DNA of 64,000 nucleotides from Puccinia triticina (taxonomy: Eukaryota), in the NCBI GenBank assembly GCA_026914245.1, contig CP110439.1:4402001-4466000 (forward strand). The letters are read 5' to 3'. Numbering within the stretch: the first letter of the stretch is position 1; each line of letters begins with the position of its first letter. A model generated the notes under the pieces. That model was not told the origin of the DNA. It did not search any database and saw only the letters and a list, made by a program, of their open reading frames with translations. Below are positions 52,001 to 62,555 of the stretch, one piece after another. The translations under genes and the position numbers were made by a program.

Positions 52001-52898
52001 CCCAGTTAGGTTTGGTCTTCCGTATCTCTCTTGACGGTTTTTGAAGGTTAAGTCGAAGGACAATTGCCTGATGGTCGGATCCGTGATTTTCTAAAGTCAC
52101 CTCAGCAGCAATAATGAGCCGGGAAGCTAAGAAATTGGCCCAGGTCAAATCAATTGTGTATCCAACCCCTTTAGAAGAATAAAATGTGGGGATGTGCTTA
52201 GGGGAGGCTAAGCGGAAACCATGGCTTCCAACAATGTCGAGTAGGTCGCGCGCCTGACGGTGATTAGATCGTATTCCAGGTGGGTTCCAGTGAGGGTGGT
52301 GTAGATTGGCATCCATGCAGATGACTGTAGGAGTTGTTCGAGAGTTGTGTGCCACAAGCCAGTGCCGAAGGATATCTAGCGCTGGGAAGGTTTTAGGAGT
52401 ATTATACACATTGATCAATCTGATTGTCTTGTTATCTGGGAGAGAAATATCTAGGCCTAAAAGGAATTGGCCGCCATCACTTAGCTGTTTAATGTTACTG
52501 GACGGAATCCAGCGCTTTACATATATACAAGTTCTGTGGCGGTCATTCCAGGTGGTTGGTCGGTGTTCAAAAGCTGTAAAGACTTTCCAATCCTGATGCT
52601 CAGGGGGGGAAAGAGTAAGAGAGTTAATCCAGGGTTCTTGTAATATCAGAAAAGTGAAATTAGACGACTGATTTAGGATACTTAGTGTGATTTCACGGGA
52701 AACATGACAGTTCAACTGTAAAATCTTCAAATCTTGGTTGGCCGGAATCTGATTGGATTCAGAGGTGGCTTCCATTGCATCGGGTACAGATCTATTAACA
52801 ACAGGTAAGTTTAAATTGGGGGGGGGAAGGGGGAAGAGAGGGGGAACGGGGGGAAAAGAAGAATGTGAAATGGTGGATTCTTGAGGTTGTACTATCAT
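49026..52898 (-). CDS. LINE ORF2 (AP endonuclease-RT-RNase H-CCHC)
   Basis: 1290 aa; LQEP, DANLHH and GSDH endonuclease motifs; GLPQGSPLS and YVDD RT; YTDGS and GHGGIRGNE RNase H; CPFC..H..C. Confidence 0.95.
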   Translation of the reverse strand: MIVQPQESTISHSSFPPVPPLFPLPPPNLNLPVVNRSVPDAMEATSESNQIPANQDLKILQLNCHVSREITLSILNQSSNFTFLILQEPWINSLTLSPPEHQDWKVFTAFEHRPTTWNDRHRTCIYVKRWIPSSNIKQLSDGGQFLLGLDISLPDNKTIRLINVYNTPKTFPALDILRHWLVAHNSRTTPTVICMDANLHHPHWNPPGIRSNHRQARDLLDIVGSHGFRLASPKHIPTFYSSKGVGYTIDLTWANFLASRLIIAAEVTLENHGSDHQAIVLRLNLQKPSREIRKTKPNWAAIDSQKACARMEKLADNCFATDYSSLEERVKAITEMVAEAQDSFGRPVSENGTRAKSWWCKSTLDPIIATRNRARQWLILTKSAEAAECYRQWNIYFRDTIRVLKRNAWWRFLDNPSDEAVYKALRFTKKASAQTILPLKRQDGTITTDKLEQAELLFTGTSVIQAPIDLSDVPIRYPCRIVCYPRTSTEEVIEAFKKIAPKKAPGVDGIANEMIKLGAKFLAPILSDVFNTALASSSFPATWKCAVTAIIPKVGKDDYTDPNAYRPIALLSGMGKLFELIIARRLTEWAEKSGVLADGHLGGCKGAGTEDALVLLDTWVRRKWQEKKFVAGLFLDVKSAYPSVHPRRLTHYLSHLNCPAYLVGIIESFLDARCTTIRMDDYTSPPFDIEIGLPQGSPLSVILYILYNNSLLIKSFGLDNDVVSIGYVDDVVHLVANKSARDTVRLLGNQGSRSLQWVSKFGAVFDKKKAQFLWLTWRAHPSDSLPFGDQILPPCQEVRWLGVLLDTKLTYTAMFNFLERKASATFSQLKPLGNSRWGLREKDRVRLMNAVLLPRVSYGAPVWATISNSAKLQRLANKVNNLAAIYTLGTFKSTPTRWHRERSAVVDISSMCRSVTIGFFTRKFIRRRFNSNIQDILVGRGLCRDDWIGKHIPDARQQLDQLAKLNPEKILIVYNNSLDSHPTTPPIRNLGLSKEAAVKATSSLVDTLLNTPDSVVIYTDGSYDLNKGGAGAAICPDLNLALSMSLGVDPLFSNHECEAVGLLLAFRLTEQALRTRSFSNVFILTDNVGVLQRLGSCDAAKPGQYLFYEISDIWRSLPAELNLHLVWCPGHGGIRGNEAANLLAKEATNRNKSPDQQLHHNACKLTRYLKSQITTPSWKELKKRISDLPILQSALINQLRSGHAPLNAYLFKVKRRLDPICPFCEGRETTNHFLDLCPAYQKPRRELIRKARSKKLKVDSNRPHLLLHLSKAHSLIFEFIRKTGRFHFLD

Positions 52899-54157
52899 TG
52901 AGACCTGTTATGCTTCTTCTTGAGCCATGCTTTCTTGAAAAAACACGTGACATTAAATGGTGTATGGTCAATAGAATCTATCCATTCAATCTTCATCTTA
53001 AGTCCTTCCTTACAGAGGACACACGATTTAATACCTCCAATCCCTTCGGGACAGTCCTTGGTAACGTGCTCATCACCACACTTGCCGCACCTGGCCTTCT
53101 CTCGGCACCATTGTCCGAAATGGCCCATCTTGAGGCACTTGAAGCATTGAGGGGGTCGGGGCTTGAATTTGGCTGTTCGATGGTAGTCGCAGTTGAGAAA
53201 TAATCCGGATCTTTCGACGCGGGCCGCTAGTTCTTTTTTGCTGAAGGCCAGAACAATCGATCCGGCTTGTTTGGGGCTCTCTGAGTTGTCTGCTAGCCAC
53301 TTAACCCGAAGAAGATCACCTTCCGCGAAGTTATTCTTGACTGACAGTCTGGTGATGGCCGACGCTGCTAGAGGATTGAAGTCTTTCGGAATACCATGCG
53401 CGATTACAGAGAAAGTGCTTGGTGTGGCTTCGAGATCGGGGTGGACTTGTTTCGACCAGGTGTGCTTGTTTTCCATGAGCCACTTCTGGTGTGCTTTGTT
53501 CTTCGAGAAAAAACAGACATCGCCAGACTTGAGGACCTGCGCTGCTCTGATAGCAATTCGTTCTCCTTCGACTTTTGCGTCTAGTTTCTCCAGGACTTCA
53601 TTCGCGCGTTGGACCAAAAACCCTCGTGCGAGGTTCTGAACTTCCGATTTTTCAGGGACTGAGTGTATGATGGCCTTGCCAGGCTTCAATGATTTGAGGA
53701 TCGTCTTCGGAGGAGGAGCAATAGAAGGAATCCTGGGGGTAACCGGCGGACCGGTGACTTTCGCGTATGACTGCTTAGCAGGTTGAGTCTTGGGGTCAAG
53801 GATTGGCACGTGACCGCCTTCGAGAGCTTTGAGGCGAGCATCAAAGGTTTCGACCATTCGCGACATTTGATTCATCTGCCTATTCAATTCCTTGAGACGC
53901 GTCGCCTCCGCGTCCATCATCGCTGAGATAGCTCCAAGCGAGCTCGGATCGACGATTACCGCTCCTTGAGGTGAGCGATTGTTGGGGTTGGCAATGAAGT
54001 TAGCCAGGTACGCGAGGAGAACCGAGGGGGGTGGCTCGCTATCCGGTTTGGCAGGAAGACGCGTCGTAGACGCGTCGCCGAGTTCCATGTCTTCCATGAT
54101 CGCGTCAGACGCGCCACTGGGTCGGTTAGGGGGGTGAGGTGGGAGGGGAGGGGCCAT
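52895..54157 (-). CDS. LINE ORF1 (gag-like, zinc knuckles)
   Basis: 420 aa; CFKCLKMGHFGQWC and CGKCGDEHVTKDC knuckles. Confidence 0.9.
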   Translation of the reverse strand: MAPPLPPHPPNRPSGASDAIMEDMELGDASTTRLPAKPDSEPPPSVLLAYLANFIANPNNRSPQGAVIVDPSSLGAISAMMDAEATRLKELNRQMNQMSRMVETFDARLKALEGGHVPILDPKTQPAKQSYAKVTGPPVTPRIPSIAPPPKTILKSLKPGKAIIHSVPEKSEVQNLARGFLVQRANEVLEKLDAKVEGERIAIRAAQVLKSGDVCFFSKNKAHQKWLMENKHTWSKQVHPDLEATPSTFSVIAHGIPKDFNPLAASAITRLSVKNNFAEGDLLRVKWLADNSESPKQAGSIVLAFSKKELAARVERSGLFLNCDYHRTAKFKPRPPQCFKCLKMGHFGQWCREKARCGKCGDEHVTKDCPEGIGGIKSCVLCKEGLKMKIEWIDSIDHTPFNVTCFFKKAWLKKKHNRSQ

Positions 54158-56939
54158 AGGCCCAAGGAGGGGGAGGTTGTGAGGGATTCTGGTTTTTGGG
54201 GGTTAGTTGAGGGTTGTTTCGGGGTGTTTGTGTAAAAGGTGGTGAGATGTTGGTTGCGGACAGAATCCTCGAGGTGGAATATCTTGGACTATTAATTGTG
54301 TGTAATTGGATTAGAATGGAACCCGCAAAGGTGAAGGCCGTAACAGAGTGGCCCGTGCCGCACAATGTCACGGAACTCCAATGGTTCATTGAATTCTTCA
54401 ACTTCTACCGCCGGTTCATTGACCACTTCTTGGGGAAGACCAGACCTCTGCATGACCTGACTAAGGAAAAAACTCCGTTTGTGTGGGACAATAAATGCAA
54501 CTCCGCATTTGAATGTCTGAAGACCACATTCACCTCTGCTCCAATACTCAAGATTGCAGACCCGTACAGGCCATTTATCTTGGAATGTGACTGCTCCAAC
54601 TTTGGTCTTGGAGCAGTCTTGTCTCAAGTTTGCAACAAAGACAAAGAGCTCCACCCTGTTGCCTACTTATCCCAATCATTGGTGCAGGCAAAAAAGAATT
54701 ATGAGATTTTTGACAAGGAACTACTGGCCATTGTTGCCACTTTCAAAGAGTGGCCGCAGTACCTGGAAGGAAACCCACACTGCCTGACTGCCATTGTCTA
54801 CACGGACCACCAGAACTTGGAAAGCTTGATGACCACCAAGGAGCTCACCCGGAGACAGGCGCGGTGGACAGGGACCATGGGCTGTTTTGGTTTCAAAATC
54901 ATATTCTGGCTGGGCCGCCAAGCCACCAAACCTTATTCACTTTCCAGAAGACCGGACCTTGGCCCTGCCCCTGGTGAAAACCTGACCTTTGGACAGCTGC
55001 TGAAGCCAAGCAACACCACAGAGCGGACGTTTGCAAAGATATCAGAATTCAAAACCTGGTTTGAGGATGAGTCTGTTGACTTGGAGGACGCAGAGCACTG
55101 GTTTGAGGTCAATGTACTAGGGATGGACGCGGAGGATCAACTGGTGATGTTGGATGCAGAGATCATTGCAAGAATCAGGGAATTGACCTTACTTGACGCC
55201 CAACTGACCAGAGGGATAGAATATTTGAAAACCCCGCAGGAAACTAGAACAAGTACACGGAGGCAGATGGCATCTTGTATGAAAATGGGCGGATAGTGGT
55301 ACCAGCGGACAGAAATATTAAAAAGCCAACATAACAGCAAAGTGGCGGCCACCCAGGCCGATCCCGCACCCTTGCCCTGGTCCAACAAAGATTTGTGTGG
55401 AATGGGCAGAAGAAATTTGTCAATCAATATGGGGACAGTGTGGTGTGCCAAATCTGTTTCAAGTATCAAATTACATAAAGTGATGGTTGAATGCATGAGA
55501 AGGAGGTATATTCTTAAATTTTTTATTGCATAATTAGATTCTAAAGTTTATTTAACCCCTAGTCACTCGCTTGAACCACTAGGATAGCTCCACTCAGTCA
55601 AAAGTTATTTTGGTTAAATGGTTTTCATCCAACATGAGTACATAGTAAAGTAGTACATTCACCAGGGAAGGAAGTGTGGCACTCTTTAGAGAGTGCCCAA
55701 CCTTAATTTTATGAGTCAAGCAGTCTGATGTGAGCTGGGTGCCAGCTGTAATGTAAGTCCAACCTCATATTTGACTCACTGGTGATCATTGCACTTGATA
55801 GTGTGATGGAGTTGTCCGTAACTCTCTTTGCCTGTTTACATAAGCCAAATGTATTTGATACTTGAGTCCACTCATACCCAACTCTTCAGACTTCATATAT
55901 CAGGTATAATAACTGCTCCTTTGTTTTATTCCTGCCCCCTGATCCACAAAGCCTGAGCCCTGGGATCTCCAGTGAATGTCTTTAGCCATACTTAGTTCAG
56001 TTAAGAGTGCTGATCAGGTGTAAATGAACAGGGCAGCCTAGAAATCACAACCTGGAACAAACACACAAGCACCTTTGCTCCCTAAAAGGTGAAACACAGG
56101 CAGGTGGGTGATTGAGAGATGCGCACAGCTCAGATGGGGGAATGTTCCTGTTCACCACTATCAGCCGCTGATGTGCACTTTCAATGGGAAGTTGAATGGA
56201 GCTCCAAATTCCTCCAGGATGCAGAAACATGACATTAGGACTGAGGACTGCTTGGTGTGGCAAATCTATTCTGGCCTTTTGTGAAGGTCCTGCGCCTTTC
56301 CCTTTGAATAGGTCCCTGGGCTTGTTTTCCTGGTCAACCTGAGGTTGTGACTTGCATCTGTTTGTCAACATGTGTTCTATGTAGTTCACTTGTGTGTGAA
56401 GAAATGACTGTGCCCGCCTGTTTTTCTGTTGCAGAGGCCAGCTGAGCTGCGGCTGAATTGCAGGAGCTGAAAGATATCCTGCAATACTGCCGGATAACAG
56501 TCTATGATCTCACATCAGCATCACTACTGCGTGTGTGGGGGCTGGGGAACAGCTAGCTGAACCACTCACGCACAGGTGCCACCCTGCGTTGTCACTCTGA
56601 AAGGATGTAATAGACGTTGGTGCTGCGATCTGGTCCATCAACAAAACCATAGCTATGCTAACCTTTAGCGGAGTGGTTTGGGATGTCGGTGCTGATGCCT
56701 ACTTGGTAATCTTGTGGATTGTAGATTGTTGGTAACATGTTGACCAACATGTAATGACTGTTTGGGTGCCGCTCCGGAATGACACATACCAAACACAGGC
56801 TCACCGGCCAAACACTGCACCCCAAACGACGCTTTATGTGCGTTTGTTTTCTGCGTCATATTGGATCCTGATAACATTGTTCTTGGATCTCAACAATCAG
56901 TGAATCGGTTTCAACACAAACCAACATCCGGCCAGGACT

Positions 56940-59281
56940 ATGACCAGTACATACTGTCTGGGCCAATTCATGATTCCGATATCATCTACCCGGCATTTAC
57001 GAGACAGCACTCCCCAGGTGGGCTTTCTGCAGCGAGGTTGCTGGCGAGTGCACGTTTATCGAGCACCCCAGGAGCAGATAGGTGATCTCAGCAGTACTGC
57101 AAGTCAACACCTTGGTCCGTTACTAGGGCCCATATCAACTTGTTCAACTCCAGCTACCGGTCGCGAGATCCCTCCAAACGACCCCGATGTCATGAAGATC
57201 AAAGCTTTCGTAGTGACCCTTCCTGGCGACCAGCTCGAGCTCCGGGGTTGCGTTTTTAGTCGTCACGAGAATGTCAGCCTTGTGAAGAACGCTTTTGAAG
57301 CTGCACACGTGGAGCTAACACCAATTTGGAACTATAACCCGAGCCTTTTCTTTGAAATTCCACACCTGACTTTTAACCATGTGGGGGATGATGGTATTGC
57401 ACAGGAGGATTGGCTTGCTCCGGCTCTTCGCCAGTGTCGGACCAATCTAAAGCCCCACCAGCTAACTGCCCTCCGGTTCCTCAGAAACAACGAGTCCCCA
57501 AACAACGACCCAGTGTTGGTTTGGAATCACCCCATTAACGCTTGGCTTTGCCCCTTGATACATCAGGCTGGGATCAACCCCACTTCGAACTTGATGGCGT
57601 CAAGGTGTCGAGGATCGATACTTGCCGACGATATGGGTTTGGGAAAGACATTGACCACCTTGGCTTATATTCTGGCGACTAATGATGCAGCGGTGGATTA
57701 TTACTGGGCCGACTGGACACACCGATCAGCCGCGACTCTGGTAATATGCCCCCTGGCAACTTTATCAAATTGGGAGGCCGAAATCCGGCTGCACTTTGAA
57801 GTTCTCGCTATCCCTTACCTAGTCTTTCATGGAAAATCGCGGAAGCGGTGCAGTAGAAAGAACCTACAGTCTGTCCTGGTGGTCTTGACGACCTACGAGA
57901 TGATTGCGGAGAGTGCAAATGGGTCACGTGCAGATCAACTAACCATTGAATCTCTTGATCTTTGCTGGTTCAGGATTGTCATGGATGAAGCGCAGTGAGT
58001 CAATACATTCCTCTGCTTCTCTTCTCAGTGCACAAAAACTGACAATTGGTTATTAGCCTGATGAGAAATCCTGATGCGAACCGAACCCGCAATATTCAGC
58101 AACTGCAGTCCGAGTTTGTACTATGCTTAACAGGCACGCCGGTCCAAAATTGCCTGACGGACCTGCAGAGTTTGATCACAACGTTGAGGATCGCGCCGTG
58201 GGACGAGGATATGATTTGGAAGAGATTTTTAATCCCGCGAATCAATGTGGGGGCGCAGGAAGCAATCAGGAGTCTCACTTTTCTAATGCAAACAGTCTGC
58301 TTGAGACGAACGAAAGATGCTATTTTAAACCTTCCTGACAAGGTCGAACATGGGGTCATTGTCAGGAACAGTCTGGAATGGGAAAAAGTCTCGAGGGAGT
58401 TGCACCAAAGTTTTGTCGCAGCTTTTGGCAGGTTGCGGTCAGCTGGGCAACAATGGGACCATACCGAGTTTTTTCGACAGCTGACAATGCTAAGGCAGTT
58501 TTGCAACCATCCTCTGTTTGCCAGAAGCGAGCTGCTTGTTCAACCAACCTGGAGATGGGGGGATTCAGGCAAGATACCTCATCGGTAGTCTGAAGGAATT
58601 CTTCAGTGGGGCCCAAGGGATCAAAAGACCAAAGGCGGTGGTGTTCTCAAGTTTTGTCGGGTACTTGGAAATGTCAGCAGTGATGTTTGCCCCAAAACAA
58701 ATACTATTGTTATGCTGATAGCCTCTGACTGCAGCATTGGGCGCGCCCTGGAAGAGAATCGACTCGTTTCAACAAGGCTCACAGGCGATTTGACTGCAGG
58801 CAGGCGTGACGACAACCTCAGAAAATTTCGGGCTGATAATAATTGCAATGTCTTGTTAGCATCATTGCAAGCCGCGGGAGTGGGGATTGACTTGCGATGT
58901 GCTCAGAACGTGTATCTCATGGCAAGTCTCATTTCACACAGCGCAGAGAGCCAAGGCTCACACAGACTACTGATCTTGCACATCTTCTAGGAACCAAGTT
59001 GGAACCCGGCAAGTGAAAATCAAGCCGTCGATAGACTTTACCGTTTGGGACAAAAGCATTCAGTGCACGTGTACAGATACTACATGCATGAGAGCTTGGA
59101 AACAAATATCTTTCAGGTGCAGAGGCGGAAATGGGAATTGGCCTTGTAAGCAGATGTTTTCAGTGATCTATTCGTCGGGAGGGCGCTGATTGGTGTTAAG
59201 GCTGGCAGGTTAAGTGTACCAAATGGAGGAAATGAGCAGTATGAGTGTGCTCAGCTGCTTATGCAAGACATGATGAAATGA
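56940..59281 (+). pseudogene. SNF2-family ATPase/helicase, multi-exon, apparent frameshift near 58575
   Basis: ILADDMGLGKT, DEAH (split by intron 57995-58057), LTGTPVQN, LRQFCNHP, VVFSSF, AGVGIDL, EPSWNP..QAVDRLYRLGQ; no RING seen. Start uncertain. Confidence 0.85.
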
Positions 59282-59311
59282 CAATGTAAAACTCACTGAG
59301 GGGTTGTCCGT

Positions 59312-60418
59312 TCAGCGAGAGATAATCAAATTTGGCCACTCTGCAGCTTGTTTTTCGTCCAGGAGCGTTCTCTCAGAGCTGGTTAGTGTGGACAGGAATT
59401 GTGGATTGTAACAGTTGACCGGTAGACTGCGAGGCACATTGTTGAAAGTGACATGCGAAATGGAATCAGAGCGTTTTCTGCGGAGCTCCAAGATGTAGCC
59501 TTGCGCAAAGAGGCGGCCTTTAGTGTTGATTTTCTTCTGTGCATAAATTGCATCCACTTGTTGAGCAAAGCGGTTGAATTCGTCTGACCTCCAATGCAAC
59601 GGGATCTTGACTAGAGATGGCGCATGTGTGGTTTTGGTGTCGGACGTAGCTTTGATATTGTCAAATAAGGACTTGAGAGCAGAATTGATTGGAAGCTTGG
59701 AGAGGGTTTCCTGGCGATGTTGGTGGATCTGTGGTGGTGGGATGTTGTATGATTAGTATGTGGAGCATGGATGTGGCTGAGGATCTGGTTTGCTGACCTG
59801 CATTTGGATCTTTGACTTGGATTCAGACTTAGCCTTCTGGGATTTTCTGTCGGCCGAGAATCGACCCAACCTGAGTCCTTCTTGCCTGCCAATGAACCAA
59901 CGGTGGAGTAGCGCAACAAGAAGTGATTTGTTACCAGCTTCTGCCGGGTCAATGTAGAATTGAGTAAACGCTCCTGCCTTGTACGCATGTGACCAGTGTT
60001 TCACTACAAAAGAAGCAAAGAGTTGATTCCAGTGCGCGTCCCACGGATGATCCCACGCAAAGGTCTTCCCGGGGAAGTGACAGCCGGAAAGGTCTTGCAG
60101 AAACAGTACTCTGAATGCAGGGTCGACCGTCTGAGATTTGACTAGCAGGGCTGCCTCCGGAATGGGATCGATTGTGTGCATGAGGATGGAGTCCGGGAGG
60201 TTGGAGCCGACATGAAAGTTGTGTGCCGGGGGACGCATCTGCCACTCGTTTGAAGGAGGATTTTTCTTGGACGGGACCAAATTAAGCAGAGTTCTGATGA
60301 AGCTTGACATGCTGCGAGAGCAGGGTGAGTTCGAAGTTGGAAGCATGGTTGAATACATTGCGTTGACTTTTGCAACCGGGCGTGGCGGTGGGCCCTCGCA
60401 AAAACAGGCCTTAGACAT
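59312..60418 (-). CDS. Hypothetical TE-accessory-type protein (spliced)
   Basis: ORFs 59753-60418 and 59312-59599; WRS...D and PxxLPVNCY motifs that I associate with basidiomycete transposon accessory ORFs (recollection, unverified). Confidence 0.55.
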
Positions 60419-61338
60419 GAGGATGGTGGAGATGGAATCAGATTCCAGGGGCAGCTTGTACCGAATGTGGGCAAAAGTCTGCTAGCTTAAGTATTGCTCA
60501 ACTCCAAAATGAGGGTCGAGTCTTACAAAGGGGTGGGCTTGCCCGCGTGCGCTCAAAGGGGGATGTGTGACAAAGGGCACTGTCCTACAAGTGTTTGGTT
60601 CGAAAACCTATCCATGTCCACCCTATCGTTTGGCCGAACGGTAGGGTGGACAATGGGTCAGACTCAAATGCTGGTGAAGCTGTGACAGGTGTGATTAAAT
60701 GTGCCGTGGAGCACGGCGATTAAACGGCTTTCACGCGCCAGCGAGGCACACCGCTGGGGTGCCAGACTCCAGTCCTGCGCGGAGAGGTTTGTCCACCCTA
60801 CCGTTCGCCCGAACGTTAAGGTGGACATGCTTCCTGCTGGTCACTGAGGGTGGTCTTTTGAGTTTACTAAACTCCACATTTAGGGAAGTGAAAGCCACTG
60901 AATGATGGTGAGGGCCGCCTCACTCCTCTGTGAAAGAACACAACGTGGCTGCCACTATTCTTTCAGCAGCCCACGATTTTGTCAGCTAGCGGGTAAGGCT
61001 GGGAGGCCACCTCCGAATATCTTGGTGCCATTCCCAACTCCATGCAGTGTGTCCCTGACTGGCCGCGCCTTACATATCTGGTAGGGCAAGCCAGGCCCTA
61101 CCACCAGAGACGTTTATGACTCGCGCAGGTACAATAGCCGCAAGCATGACACATATGTACTTGATAGGGCAAGATGCATGCTGGTGCCTGTGAAACAGCC
61201 TTGCAAGCTCTGCCAGAGTGCTAAGTGACATTTGCCCCGCGTTCATATGAATTGACAAGCTGGCTCTTTCTCCCAAGGAGGGGATAGCTTGCCGATACAA
61301 GTAGGTCCAGGATTACCAGCAGGAGTGACTATACGATT

Positions 61339-61896
61339 TCACAAGCTTTCAGGATTGACCCACCAGAGACAGCTTGTGATCAGGATACCTGTATGGCGTC
61401 TTTGTGCCTGGCTCCACGCAACGGGATGGGTGCATAGATTGGTAAGCGATGTCAAACACATTGTGACAAGTGCTCTCTGACCTTTTTGCATGGAAGTGGC
61501 GAAGTCACAAACTTCCTTCTTTGGCCATCGCTTGTGTAGAACCCATACACGCCTCAAAGTTGATTGGACCTGGGAGCAGTGATTCAACAGAGTTATCAGA
61601 ACCTCCATCTTCAGAGGGGCCAGGGAGGTGGGAAGGCTCTTACCGAGTCCCTGACGGGTTCTGATAGCATTCCAAGTTGCGGTAACATTTGGAACAGCCC
61701 AGCGGGGGATCTTCCTGTCGAAGGCATCTGCCAGCAACTTGCCTTGAAACCGGTAGGCCAAATTCTGGTTGACGGTTTGATGATCTGCATCGCCCGGTGA
61801 TTTGTCCACGGTCCGTTGCATTTCAGAGTCTACCACTTTCTGACTGTCTTGCAGCCATTTGAGTTGGGTGGGAGTGAAAGCGGAGTTGTCCTGCAT
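61339..61896 (-). CDS. Hypothetical protein (boundaries uncertain)
   Basis: ORF from MQDNSAFTPTQLKWL; divergent from the transposase. Confidence 0.4.
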   Translation of the reverse strand: MQDNSAFTPTQLKWLQDSQKVVDSEMQRTVDKSPGDADHQTVNQNLAYRFQGKLLADAFDRKIPRWAVPNVTATWNAIRTRQGLGKSLPTSLAPLKMEVLITLLNHCSQVQSTLRRVWVLHKRWPKKEVCDFATSMQKGQRALVTMCLTSLTNLCTHPVAWSQAQRRHTGILITSCLWWVNPESL

Positions 61897-62555
61897 TTTG
61901 GGTGTGTGTGGGGGTGGGGATGTTTGTGGGATGATGGTCTTTACTAGCAGTTGAAGGAAACCTAGTGTGGGCAGGCTGCGAATGATGAGTTGGATAGATG
62001 AATGCTGCAACAGCCTGTGTCTGTCCACAGGAACTAAGATATTTAAACGAGAGCCAGGGGTCCTGCTTTATTCCGCCGGTGGCTTGTCTGCTGTGATGTT
62101 GATAGTCTCTTGTTGGAGCCAAGGAGGATTTAACAAGGGGCTTACTGTTGCAAGTTTGTGTACGCACTTCCTTGCTTTTCCAAGGAAGGATGGAATGCGC
62201 CTCCAATGTGCAGCACCAGTCACCCAGTGACACTATGTAACTGGCTTTTTTGGCAGACCTGCAAATCTCTCTATATATTTCTACTGTACCAACAGACTGG
62301 CGCTGTTTGAGGGGACAGATGTGACACAGATACAGCGCTGACATCAGGGTGCCACCAGAACACCATCAGCCATGGTTCTGTTTTCAGCGTCAAATTAAGT
62401 GGCTTGCCTGGCATGATCAGGTTGTGCCTCCTGCATGCAGAGAGGCCTTCAACGTGACGTGCAGTTCTAGTTGTCCTTGTTGGTGAAGGCGGCAGTTGAC
62501 TCCCATTTCTGATACTTGAACGTCACTTCCTCTAACAACAAACGCACAACACGAA

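Larger units (their letters stand above)
48775..54270 (-). mobile_element. Full-length Tad1-like LINE
   Basis: 30-nt poly(A) tail (T run 48775-48804); TSD GAGGTGGAATATC (48762-48774, 54271-54283); two intact ORFs. Confidence 0.95.
48725..55445 (+). pseudogene. Gypsy pol remnant split by the LINE (48725-48774 and 54284-55445)
   Basis: WLKPEKCDFLKPEVEY|LGLLIVCN reads through once the LINE is removed; highly similar to pol at 13855-16713. Confidence 0.85.

Noticed and set aside
54214..55296. Intact 360-aa gene
   Set aside because: Chimeric ORF made of antisense LINE 5' end plus a decayed Gypsy RT/RNase H fragment.
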